From contig CBDFJF010000002.1 in NCBI GenBank assembly GCA_965248265.1, positions 256,001 to 320,000 of the forward strand: DNA of 64,000 nucleotides. The letters run 5' to 3'. Source of the DNA: Candidatus Latescibacterota bacterium (lineage in GTDB: Bacteria; Latescibacterota; UBA2968; UBA8231). The notes beneath the pieces were generated by a model. It was given only the letters and a program-made list of their open reading frames with translations, searched no databases and was not told where the DNA came from. Of this stretch, positions 19,350-27,580 are shown in pieces; position 1 is the first letter of the stretch; each line of letters begins with the position of its first letter. The position numbers and the translations under genes are program-made.

Positions 19350-19625
19350 TCACGCCGGCTCGACGATCTCGATGATGCGCACGCCAAAATTCTCACCGAT
19401 GGTCACCACTTCTGCGCGCGCAAACAACTTGCCATTCAGCATTACCTCGATGGGCTCGCCGACGGTCTTTTCCAACTCCACCAGTGACTGGTCACCCAGT
19501 TCGTGGATGTCTGCCATGGTACGGCGGGTGCGGCCGAGTTCGGCGGTGAGCATCATCGGCATCGATTCCAGCAGTTCGATGTTGTCTGCGGGGGTTGACG
19601 CTTTGGTATCCGCCTTCTTTGCCAT
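19350..19625 (-). CDS. fliN: Flagellar motor switch protein FliN homolog
   Basis: NIELLESMPMMLTAELGRT…VELEKTVGEPIEVMLNGKLFARAEVVTIGENFGVRIIEI; GAGAGG RBS. Confidence 0.9.
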   Translation of the reverse strand: MAKKADTKASTPADNIELLESMPMMLTAELGRTRRTMADIHELGDQSLVELEKTVGEPIEVMLNGKLFARAEVVTIGENFGVRIIEIVEPA

Positions 19626-19698
19626 TGGGTGCCTCTCTGACTTGGGTTTGTCGTCTGCCGCGTACAATCGTGTATTGAGGTGCGAGGGACAAGGAAAT

Positions 19699-20472
19699 TT
19701 ATCCAGTAGCGCCCTTACAACTCCAGACTGAACCGGTGGTGTAGGTATTGCGTTCGGAACAGAGAAACTCGGCGACCTCTGCTACTTCTTCAGGATCGGA
19801 GTAGCGTCCCAGTGGGTTGCCAGGATCGGCCAGGTGTTCGGCCGAGAATCGCGGTACCACCATGTCCGTCAGCGCTCTGCCGGGCTCGACGCCGTTGACG
19901 AAGACGCCCTGCCTGGAATAAGCATTACCCAGCGACTGGATGAGACTATAGACGGCGCCCTTGGACACGGCGTAGGGCAGCTTGTCCGGCGAGCCGAAGC
20001 GGGCGGCCGAGGTGATGGTCACGGTGCGTCCCCAGCCACCCTCCAGCATGTGCGGGATGGCGGCATGGTGGGCATGGAAGACGCCGTGCACGTTGATGGA
20101 CATGACCTTCGAAAACTGCTCGGCCGATTGCTCGTGAAAGGGCGCTTCAATTCCAAGTACCCCAGCAGCGCATGCAAGGATGTCCAGTCGTTTGAACGCG
20201 CTGACAGCGGCTTCAGCGGCGGCCACCACTTCGGCTTCGATTGTGACATCGGTGCGACAGAAGATTGCTTCTTGCCCGAGGGCTATGATGTCGTTGACCG
20301 TCTGCTGACCCTGCTCTTCCAACAGATCGGCGATGACGACATCGCGGCCCTCGGCTCCGAAGCGCAGGGCCATGGCACGGCCGAGCCCACGGGCGCCGCC
20401 GGTGACGAGGGCGGCACGGCGTTGTTTTGGCGCGGCAAAGCGGAGCTCGCGTGGATCAACCGGAGATGTCAT
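19699..20472 (-). CDS. Short-chain dehydrogenase/reductase
   Basis: TGGARGLG, YAVSK catalytic motif, NGVEPG, PLGRYSDPEEVA. Confidence 0.88.
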   Translation of the reverse strand: MTSPVDPRELRFAAPKQRRAALVTGGARGLGRAMALRFGAEGRDVVIADLLEEQGQQTVNDIIALGQEAIFCRTDVTIEAEVVAAAEAAVSAFKRLDILACAAGVLGIEAPFHEQSAEQFSKVMSINVHGVFHAHHAAIPHMLEGGWGRTVTITSAARFGSPDKLPYAVSKGAVYSLIQSLGNAYSRQGVFVNGVEPGRALTDMVVPRFSAEHLADPGNPLGRYSDPEEVAEVAEFLCSERNTYTTGSVWSCKGATG

Positions 20473-20521
20473 GGTGTACCGTCAGCTGGCGTGATGGTGG
20501 AAGGTCGGGTAATATAGCTCC

Positions 20522-21643
20522 ATGAAGATCGAGCGAATAGAGTCCTTCCTAATCGGCGGTGGTTACGTCGTCCGCCTCACCACCGACACAGGGTTAACCG
20601 GTGTTGGCCAGACGGCGTGCTGGGGTTATCCCGAAGCGGTGGGCCAGACCGTCGTTGCCTTCGAGCGCTACCTGATCGGCCAGGATCCGATGCGCATCGA
20701 GCATCACTGGCAGTATCTCTACCGGATGTCAGCATTCCGCGGGACGGCGCTGGCGGGCGCAGTCAGCGCCATCGACATCGCCCTGTGGGACATAAAAGGC
20801 AAACACTTCGAGGTCCCGGTGTGGGAGTTGCTGGGAGGCCGGTGTCGCGACAAGATTCGTCTGCACCTGCTCGGTCGTGCCGACAATCCCGAGTCCATGG
20901 TCGAAGCGGCTCGTAAGGCGGTCGAGGAGGGATTCACCGCATTCAAATTCGATCCCGTCAATCATATTGACACCGGCATCGATAAAATGGTAAAGACCGC
21001 GGTTGCTCTCACCGCCGCGGCACGCGAAGGCGGGGGAGCGGATCTCGACCTCATCGTCGAGGTCCACCGCAAGCTGACGCCGATGACGGCGCGCACCCTG
21101 TGCGAAGCCCTGGCGCCGTTCAATCTCTACTTCCTGGAAGATCCCATTCAGATCGACTCCATCCAGGCGCAGGCGGACATGGCCAGACGCACGCAAGTGC
21201 CGATCGGCAACGGCGAACGGCTGACGACGATCTGGGAATTTCGCGAGCTGCTGGAAGGGGGAGGTCCGCAATACGTGCGACCGGATGTCGCTCTGGCCGG
21301 GGGGCTGACTCATTGTAAGAAAATTGCCGCGATTGCTGAGAGTTATCACAGCGCCGTCGTCACCCACAATTTCCTGGGCCCCCTGATCACGGCTGCCTCC
21401 TGTCATTTGGATGCGACGATTCCGAACTTCATTACCCAGGAGTACAGCAAGGGGGATGAGTCGGAGGCCAATGCAGTCTACGCTTGTGCCCACGCTCGCG
21501 AGGGAGGTTACATCCCGCTGACCGACGCACCCGGTCTCGGTGTCGAGCTCGTCGACGAACTGATAGCGTCACGACCCTTCAAGCCGATGAACACGGGTTC
21601 GACTCCGCTGCGCGAGGATGGGTCGGTCGCCTATGCTGTGTGA
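20522..21643 (+). CDS. Mandelate racemase/muconate lactonizing enzyme family sugar-acid dehydratase (galactonate dehydratase-like)
   Basis: SAIDIALWDIKGK, LLGGRCRDKI, FTAFKF (KxK region), EVH, FLEDP, GER, PGLGVE. Confidence 0.88.
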   Translation: MKIERIESFLIGGGYVVRLTTDTGLTGVGQTACWGYPEAVGQTVVAFERYLIGQDPMRIEHHWQYLYRMSAFRGTALAGAVSAIDIALWDIKGKHFEVPVWELLGGRCRDKIRLHLLGRADNPESMVEAARKAVEEGFTAFKFDPVNHIDTGIDKMVKTAVALTAAAREGGGADLDLIVEVHRKLTPMTARTLCEALAPFNLYFLEDPIQIDSIQAQADMARRTQVPIGNGERLTTIWEFRELLEGGGPQYVRPDVALAGGLTHCKKIAAIAESYHSAVVTHNFLGPLITAASCHLDATIPNFITQEYSKGDESEANAVYACAHAREGGYIPLTDAPGLGVELVDELIASRPFKPMNTGSTPLREDGSVAYAV

Positions 21644-21652
21644 CACCCCGGT

Positions 21653-23554
21653 TCAATAGGGTGGGTGGGCGTAGGTGGGTTGATTGACGAAGCGCTGATA
21701 GCCGATCCTCAGCCGCACCGTACTGTGGGGTGGCAGGCGTACCCGGAAGTACTTCGAATCGACGCGGACGGTTTTTTCCACATCGCCATCGACGAACCCT
21801 ATTTCTGAAAAGGCATGTTCCCCGAAGGCCCCCGCCTGAACGATCACTTCTCTGGTGGCGTCAGTGCTGAGTGAGGCCAGCTGCAGGCCCAGTCGGTCCG
21901 GTGACAGTTCGTCGACCAGGGCGGACACGTCTGCTGGCAAGCCAGGCCGCCTCTTCTGGGGATCGAAGTAACGAACCGTCGCCCGCAACAGACCTCCACA
22001 GTAAACGCTCTGGGGCGCGCCCATCGCGACCTGCGTCAGTCCCTTCGTGAACACCGGGTTGGGGGCATTCTTGTGCTCGGCCTTGATCTGTTCCCTGTCC
22101 CTGGGATCGTTCTGGATGCCCTCGTACACGGTCAACGCCGAGTCGTATTCCGCAGTCAGGATCTTTTCCGGCCAATCTGGATTGTGGCCTTCGTAGTACT
22201 GGAACCGGCCCTTCTCCGTGGCACCGCTGCCCTTCTCCGAGGTGGGCGCCACGTCGTTCCAGTCGGTGCCGACATCACCCTTTCTGAGTGCGTGGACGAG
22301 CTGGCGATCCTCCTCTGACATGGAGGCGTGAAAGAGGTGGGCCAAATCCTGAAAGCGATACACCCGTGGATCGGTATGCCGGTAATGGCCCCAGCCGTGG
22401 TCGTAGCGGTTGGGGGTAACGAGCCGGCCGTCCTCCTCCTCGTAGGAGCGGCTCAACATCAATTCGATCTGCGAGCGCAACAGTTCGAGGTAGCCGTCGT
22501 CACCGGTCAGCATCTGGCAGCACTCGGCGGCAATAGTCAGCCCGTGGAACATGACATTGTAGCCCTGGTAGTGATTCCAGCCATGCATGCCGCCCCACCA
22601 CTGCCCGTTTCTGCGTTCGCCGACCACGCCGGTGGGTCCGACGTTGTCCGGCATCAGCCCGTCGTTTTCCCACATGCGTTCGATCCAGGCTTCCGTGTAG
22701 TCGAGTACCCACTTCTTGTACTTCTCCTCCCCGGTGTATAGATAGGCATTGGAAACCAGGGCGGTGGCGGCCAGGTTGTTCGGGGTGTCGGCCTGCAGGA
22801 CAATCTCATTGAACAACCTGGTGACTTCGCTCCTTCGCGGTGCGCTGTCGTACCAATCCGGTTCCAGATCATCGATGATCGGTGAAAGCGATCCGCGGAT
22901 GCCGTAGTAGCGGTACTCCTCACCGATTCCTCCCTGCAGCCACAAGGCCGCCTCCAGGGGTGTATTCTGGTGCATGGGTCCCTGGCTGGTCGGCATGGGG
23001 GAGCGAATGACCCGGTAGCGCGGGTCGTAGTTTTCGGCATTCGGGTCTTCACCGGTGTACATCGCGGCGAATTTCTCGGCCCGTGCGCGGTTCTCAGCGA
23101 TCGAAGGATCGGCGACGCCGAAATCGTAGAACGCCATGTTGCCCTCGCCCTGATGGTGCCAGTGGGGGACGCGTCGTTGGCCGGCGATGGTCGTGGCCAC
23201 GGATGCGGGCGCCATGTTGTAGTACTCGTTGTGGATCTGCGGGATAAACCAGGGATAGATCGGGTGGGGGGAGCGGTCGTCGCAGGCCCTGGTGGTTGCG
23301 TTCCATCCGTCCAGGGCCATGTGGTGGAGCTTCACATCGGCGCCGAGGGCGTAAAACAGTCCCCAATTGTAGAAGCGTTCGTAGAGGTCGTCGACGTCAT
23401 CGACGAAGTACAACACTCCACCAGGATCGGTGTAGCGCTCGAACATGAGCGCGGCCGCCTCTTCCATCACCGTGATGAGCTTGCGCTCGAGCAAAGCCCA
23501 TGACGGCGGTGCCTTGCCGGCATTGCCCGCCGTTATCGTGACGATGTCTTCCAT
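21653..23554 (-). CDS. Conserved hypothetical ~630-aa protein (paralog 1 of 3 in window)
   Basis: Long ORF with typical codon usage; shares many motifs with 37322-39199 and 40909-42876 (DDVDDLYERFYNW, WHHxGEGN, DNVGPTG, GQWWGG, QAGAFGEH). Confidence 0.85.
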   Translation of the reverse strand: MEDIVTITAGNAGKAPPSWALLERKLITVMEEAAALMFERYTDPGGVLYFVDDVDDLYERFYNWGLFYALGADVKLHHMALDGWNATTRACDDRSPHPIYPWFIPQIHNEYYNMAPASVATTIAGQRRVPHWHHQGEGNMAFYDFGVADPSIAENRARAEKFAAMYTGEDPNAENYDPRYRVIRSPMPTSQGPMHQNTPLEAALWLQGGIGEEYRYYGIRGSLSPIIDDLEPDWYDSAPRRSEVTRLFNEIVLQADTPNNLAATALVSNAYLYTGEEKYKKWVLDYTEAWIERMWENDGLMPDNVGPTGVVGERRNGQWWGGMHGWNHYQGYNVMFHGLTIAAECCQMLTGDDGYLELLRSQIELMLSRSYEEEDGRLVTPNRYDHGWGHYRHTDPRVYRFQDLAHLFHASMSEEDRQLVHALRKGDVGTDWNDVAPTSEKGSGATEKGRFQYYEGHNPDWPEKILTAEYDSALTVYEGIQNDPRDREQIKAEHKNAPNPVFTKGLTQVAMGAPQSVYCGGLLRATVRYFDPQKRRPGLPADVSALVDELSPDRLGLQLASLSTDATREVIVQAGAFGEHAFSEIGFVDGDVEKTVRVDSKYFRVRLPPHSTVRLRIGYQRFVNQPTYAHPPY

Positions 23555-23688
23555 GATAGCACCTCTGGATTCGATAACACCTGATTCCCCCTCTCTTCTG
23601 AAACAGCCAATTGACTATGATGATGATGCAGGCGCGATTTCCGATCAAGCGCCTGCCTCACACTTTCCTAACCGGAGCAGTATCGACG

Positions 23689-24138
23689 ATGACTTTGCGA
23701 CTGATCCAGTCTGTTTCACTGTGGCTGTTGAGTATCACTGCGGCCGTGGTCGCGGCAGATCCCGCGACGCATGTCGATTCCACCAGCCGCGAGCGCGCGG
23801 CCGAGATCAAATCACTGGGATGGCGGCAGGTCGTGGAGAGTGAGGTGCCGCCTCTGCGCAATGCATTGGGCGAGCACTGGCCGATGATCATGTGGCACGG
23901 GCCCGGGTTCGGCGCCCCTGGAACCGGAGCAGATTCGCTTTCTGCTGGATCGCGGCGTCACCCAACATGTGCGGCTCGACACCGGTTACATCGAGGCTGC
24001 CACACGGCTCAAGGCCCTGAGTCGGCGCAGGTGGAGATCCCGGCCTGGGAGGATGTGCGGGTGACACTGGAGGCATCTACCGCCGGCGCGACTTATCTGG
24101 TAGAACGCTCCAGCGGTGCGGTCGTGGAAGTCGAGTAA
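23689..24138 (+). pseudogene. Remnant of a secreted protein gene (frameshift plus probable internal deletion)
   Basis: Signal peptide then …WPMIMWHGPGF. The protein-like, high-GC3 reading continues in the +1 frame (APLEPEQIRFLLDRGVTQHVRLDTGYIEAATRLKA) and then returns to the original frame (QVEIPAWEDVRVTLEAST…VVEVE*). Confidence 0.55.
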
Positions 24139-24165
24139 GAGATCGCAGAATCAGACGACCCGGTG

Positions 24166-24963
24166 TCAGCGCGCGCCGCACGCTTGCAGGCTTGCCTGCA
24201 TGTGTCCTCGAGTCTCGGCGGCGATGATGCAGCACTGCTCCAGCGAGTACTCCCTGGCACCGATCACCTCAAGATTGAGTGGGCCGTCGTAGCCGTTGTC
24301 GTGCAGGACGCGTACGTAACTGACGAGATCGATGTCGCCTCTGCCGTTGGCCTGATCCTCCGGGTTACCTGGACCTGTCTGTCGCCCCTTGCAGTCGCGG
24401 ATGTGGACGTGCTTGATGCGTGATATGACGGCGGCGATCGCCTCCACTGGATTTTCATTGGCGCGGTGGATGTGGGAGGGGTCCATGTCGATGCCGAAGG
24501 CCGGCGATGAGATCGCCTCCATCACCTTCAGTGTGGTCGGGGTGTTGTAGATGCTGGCACCGACGTGGGCTTTGACGCACAGGGTGACACCGTAGCGCTG
24601 GGCCATGTCGGCCAGCGATCCGAGTGAGTCGATGGATTGTCGCAGGCTGCCTTCGTCATCGGTGGTGCCGCCGGGACCGCAGTTGATGATGGGAATGCCG
24701 ATCTCGGCCGCCGCCTGAAAAGCCGATTCCATCACGGCTGGATCCTGCTTGGGCTGCTCCATGGCCAGCAGTTCGAGCTGGTACTGTTCGGCCAGCTGGC
24801 GGATCTGCGGTGCCAGTTCGCGCCAGCGGTCGAGGACCAGGTGTTCGCTCATGCTGTCGATGGCGGAGATTTCTATTCCGTCATAGCCGGCCATGACCAC
24901 GCACCGGAAGGCCGTTTCCATGTCGTAACCGCCGAACAGGACGGAGTTGGCCCCGAGTTTCAT
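24166..24963 (-). CDS. Sugar phosphate isomerase/epimerase (xylose-isomerase-like TIM barrel)
   Basis: GYDGIEI, DMDPSH, HVHIRD, GRGDID, GYDGPLNLEV. Confidence 0.87.
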   Translation of the reverse strand: MKLGANSVLFGGYDMETAFRCVVMAGYDGIEISAIDSMSEHLVLDRWRELAPQIRQLAEQYQLELLAMEQPKQDPAVMESAFQAAAEIGIPIINCGPGGTTDDEGSLRQSIDSLGSLADMAQRYGVTLCVKAHVGASIYNTPTTLKVMEAISSPAFGIDMDPSHIHRANENPVEAIAAVISRIKHVHIRDCKGRQTGPGNPEDQANGRGDIDLVSYVRVLHDNGYDGPLNLEVIGAREYSLEQCCIIAAETRGHMQASLQACGAR

Positions 24964-24974
24964 GATATCTCCCT

Positions 24975-25967
24975 CTAGTAATTCACGGTGACGACGGTGC
25001 CCTTGTCCCAGGACTCGATGGCCGCCTCGATGATGAGCTGAGCCCGCAGGGCGTCTTCCGCCCTGGCGTCGATCTGGTCCGGCGCAACCTGCTCGAGATT
25101 CTGCTCGATCCAGCGTGTGATGCGGCTGCCGAAGGTTTCGGGAAAGGCCATCATGCCGCCGAGGTGATCGAAGGTCTCGGTCTCTTTGGTGAAACGCGGG
25201 TAAAATTCGAGGCTCTGACAGGCCTCCCGAATGACAAAGCGGCCCTGTGAGCCGACGACTTCGCAGGTCTCGAGCCCGTAACTGCCACCGGCGTCGTAGC
25301 TGCCGGTGAGATGGCCGATGATGCCATTGGAGAACAGCATGTTAACCTGGACGTTCGACCATATGGCGCGTCCCTCTCCCTTCTTGAAAAAGGCCTGGAC
25401 CTTTTCGACGTCGCCGCAGAAGTAGCGCATGACGTCGATGGAGTGGGGGTGCAGGGCGCGCATGTGGAAGTGGGGTGAGGACTCGTTCGGGTTGTTAATC
25501 CACATGGTCATGTTGATGATGTTGAGATCGCCGAGACGGCCGGCCTCCACCCATTCCTGGGCGCGCAATGCGGCAGGGGTGAAGCGGTGATTGAGATTGA
25601 TGCCGTAGCGCAGGCCTTTGTCCCGGGCCAAGGCGACCATCTCCCGAGCCTTGGGGATTTCGTTCGAGATCGGCTTTTCCCCCAGCACCGGTATGCCGGC
25701 ACCGAGAAGGTCCATGGTCGGCTGGTAGTGGTCGCCACCGTTTTCGACGCCTGCCGTGCAGACGCTGGCGATGTCGACGTTGACTGCCGCGACCATGTCG
25801 GCGACCGTGGCAAAGGCCTCACAGTCATAGGTTGCGCTCGCTGCTTCCGCCTTCTCAGCGATGGCGTCGACGACGGCGACGATCGTGCACTCAGGATGCT
25901 CGTGGTAAATACGTGCGTGTGTGTTGCCGATGCCACCCAGGCCGACGATGGCCACATTCAAACCCAT
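24975..25967 (-). CDS. Gfo/Idh/MocA family oxidoreductase
   Basis: VAIVGLGGIGNTH, VLGEKP, NHRFTPA, HSID. Confidence 0.9.
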   Translation of the reverse strand: MGLNVAIVGLGGIGNTHARIYHEHPECTIVAVVDAIAEKAEAASATYDCEAFATVADMVAAVNVDIASVCTAGVENGGDHYQPTMDLLGAGIPVLGEKPISNEIPKAREMVALARDKGLRYGINLNHRFTPAALRAQEWVEAGRLGDLNIINMTMWINNPNESSPHFHMRALHPHSIDVMRYFCGDVEKVQAFFKKGEGRAIWSNVQVNMLFSNGIIGHLTGSYDAGGSYGLETCEVVGSQGRFVIREACQSLEFYPRFTKETETFDHLGGMMAFPETFGSRITRWIEQNLEQVAPDQIDARAEDALRAQLIIEAAIESWDKGTVVTVNY

Positions 25968-25978
25968 TGATCTGTCTC

Positions 25979-27388
25979 CTATTTGCGCCCTCTGGCCTGT
26001 AGCTTGGCTGCCTCGCTGGGACCGCTGATGTGCATGGTATCGTAGGCCTGCTGCGATGTCTTGAAGGCGCCGACACCGACGTGGCCGTGCCAGTCGCCCT
26101 GGGTCAACATCGGATTCTTCAGCCCGGTCTCCGTTTCTCTTTTCGCGATCCAGCTGGTCATCCGTTTCTTCAATGCTTTAACGATGTCTGGATGGCTGTC
26201 CGCCAGATTCTCGTTCTCATCCGGATCTTCGACCAGGTTGTAGAGCTCGACCGGTGGCTTGAAGTGAAAATCCGGCTCCAGAGCGACGATGAGTTTCCAC
26301 TGAGGAGTGCGCCAGCCGTGCTTTCTCATCCAGGTGCATTCGGTGATATAGAACTCACTCTCGTGGGAGGCCACGTCGCCACGCACCATCGGCATCAGAC
26401 TCTGCCCATCGAAGCTCGTGCCGCGTGGTTTCTTGAAGCCGGCCAACTCGAAGATGGTAGGCACGAGATCCTTGTGTTGATTGTAGCCGGAGACGCGCTT
26501 GCCGGCCGGCACGACACCGGGATAGCGAATGATCAGCGGCACGTGCAGGGTGACATCATAGATGCCGTGGTGGTCGAACCAGCATTCGTGGTCGTAGAGG
26601 GTTTCGCCGTGGTCGCCGTTGAAGATGATGATGGTCTCGTCGAGGATGCCGTGGGCGCTCAAGGCGTTGAAGATGCTCTGAATGCAGGCATCCATGTAGG
26701 CGATTGCCCCGTCGTACTGGGCAATGATGTAGTCCTTATCTGTAAGGCCCGGGGGCATCCACGTGGCGAAGTAGTTGCAGAACGGCTTGAAGGACATGAC
26801 AGGCCGCATCGATTTGTTTCTGGGGTCGCACTCGTCGCCGTGGTAGAACATGCGTTCGTAGGGCGCCGGCGGCAGGTAGGGCGAATGCGGATCCATGTGT
26901 CTGAGGAATAGCAGGAAAGGCTTGTCGCCGGCCACGAGCCGGTCGAGCTCGGGAATGGCAACTCGGTTGAGGTTTTCAGCCTTCGGGCTGCGGCCCTCCG
27001 ATAGATTGCCCCAGCCAGCGTAATCGAGATAGGTGTCGAAGCCCCGAGCGGAAGGATTGCCACTGAAGCCGACGCAGGTAGAGGTGTAGCCCTGCTTGCG
27101 CAGCAGCTCGGGCAAGGTCTTGATGTCCGTCCTGAGCCCACCCTGGTGTCGCAGGGCTACTACTTGAGTGCCGAAACAATCTTTGCCGCTCAGCATGGAG
27201 GCATAGGCACTCGTCGTGGGCACATGGGCACAGTAGGTGCGTTCGAAAAGGGTGCTACCCTCAGCGAATCGATCGATGTGCGGTGAAGTCAGCCGCGGGT
27301 AGCCGTAGCAGCTCATGTGATCAGCCAGCAGGGAATCGACGGCTATGAGAAGGATGTTTGGCTTGGAGGGGGAGGTGCTTTTTGGCAT
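25979..27388 (-). CDS. Sulfatase-fold (alkaline phosphatase superfamily) hydrolase with non-canonical nucleophile motif
   Basis: KPNILLIAVDSL, SCYGY, DPHSPY, YDGAIAYMD, GDHGE, LHVPLI, ELYNLVEDPDE; nucleophile region reads VPTTSAYASMLSG. Confidence 0.88.
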   Translation of the reverse strand: MPKSTSPSKPNILLIAVDSLLADHMSCYGYPRLTSPHIDRFAEGSTLFERTYCAHVPTTSAYASMLSGKDCFGTQVVALRHQGGLRTDIKTLPELLRKQGYTSTCVGFSGNPSARGFDTYLDYAGWGNLSEGRSPKAENLNRVAIPELDRLVAGDKPFLLFLRHMDPHSPYLPPAPYERMFYHGDECDPRNKSMRPVMSFKPFCNYFATWMPPGLTDKDYIIAQYDGAIAYMDACIQSIFNALSAHGILDETIIIFNGDHGETLYDHECWFDHHGIYDVTLHVPLIIRYPGVVPAGKRVSGYNQHKDLVPTIFELAGFKKPRGTSFDGQSLMPMVRGDVASHESEFYITECTWMRKHGWRTPQWKLIVALEPDFHFKPPVELYNLVEDPDENENLADSHPDIVKALKKRMTSWIAKRETETGLKNPMLTQGDWHGHVGVGAFKTSQQAYDTMHISGPSEAAKLQARGRK

Positions 27389-27580
27389 GGAAATTCGGTG
27401 GGTAACTAAGGGTTGACCAGGATTTAGAGCCCATGGAAGCGGCTATAATATGGTCAACGACCCACGATTGAGCGAACCGCTTGGCTTCACTCGCGAGGAC
27501 AGTCGGCAATGAGGCATATTACCGCTCAGCAATCATCCATTCAGCGGGCGTCAAGGACTCCAACAGCAGGAGAGATTCGC

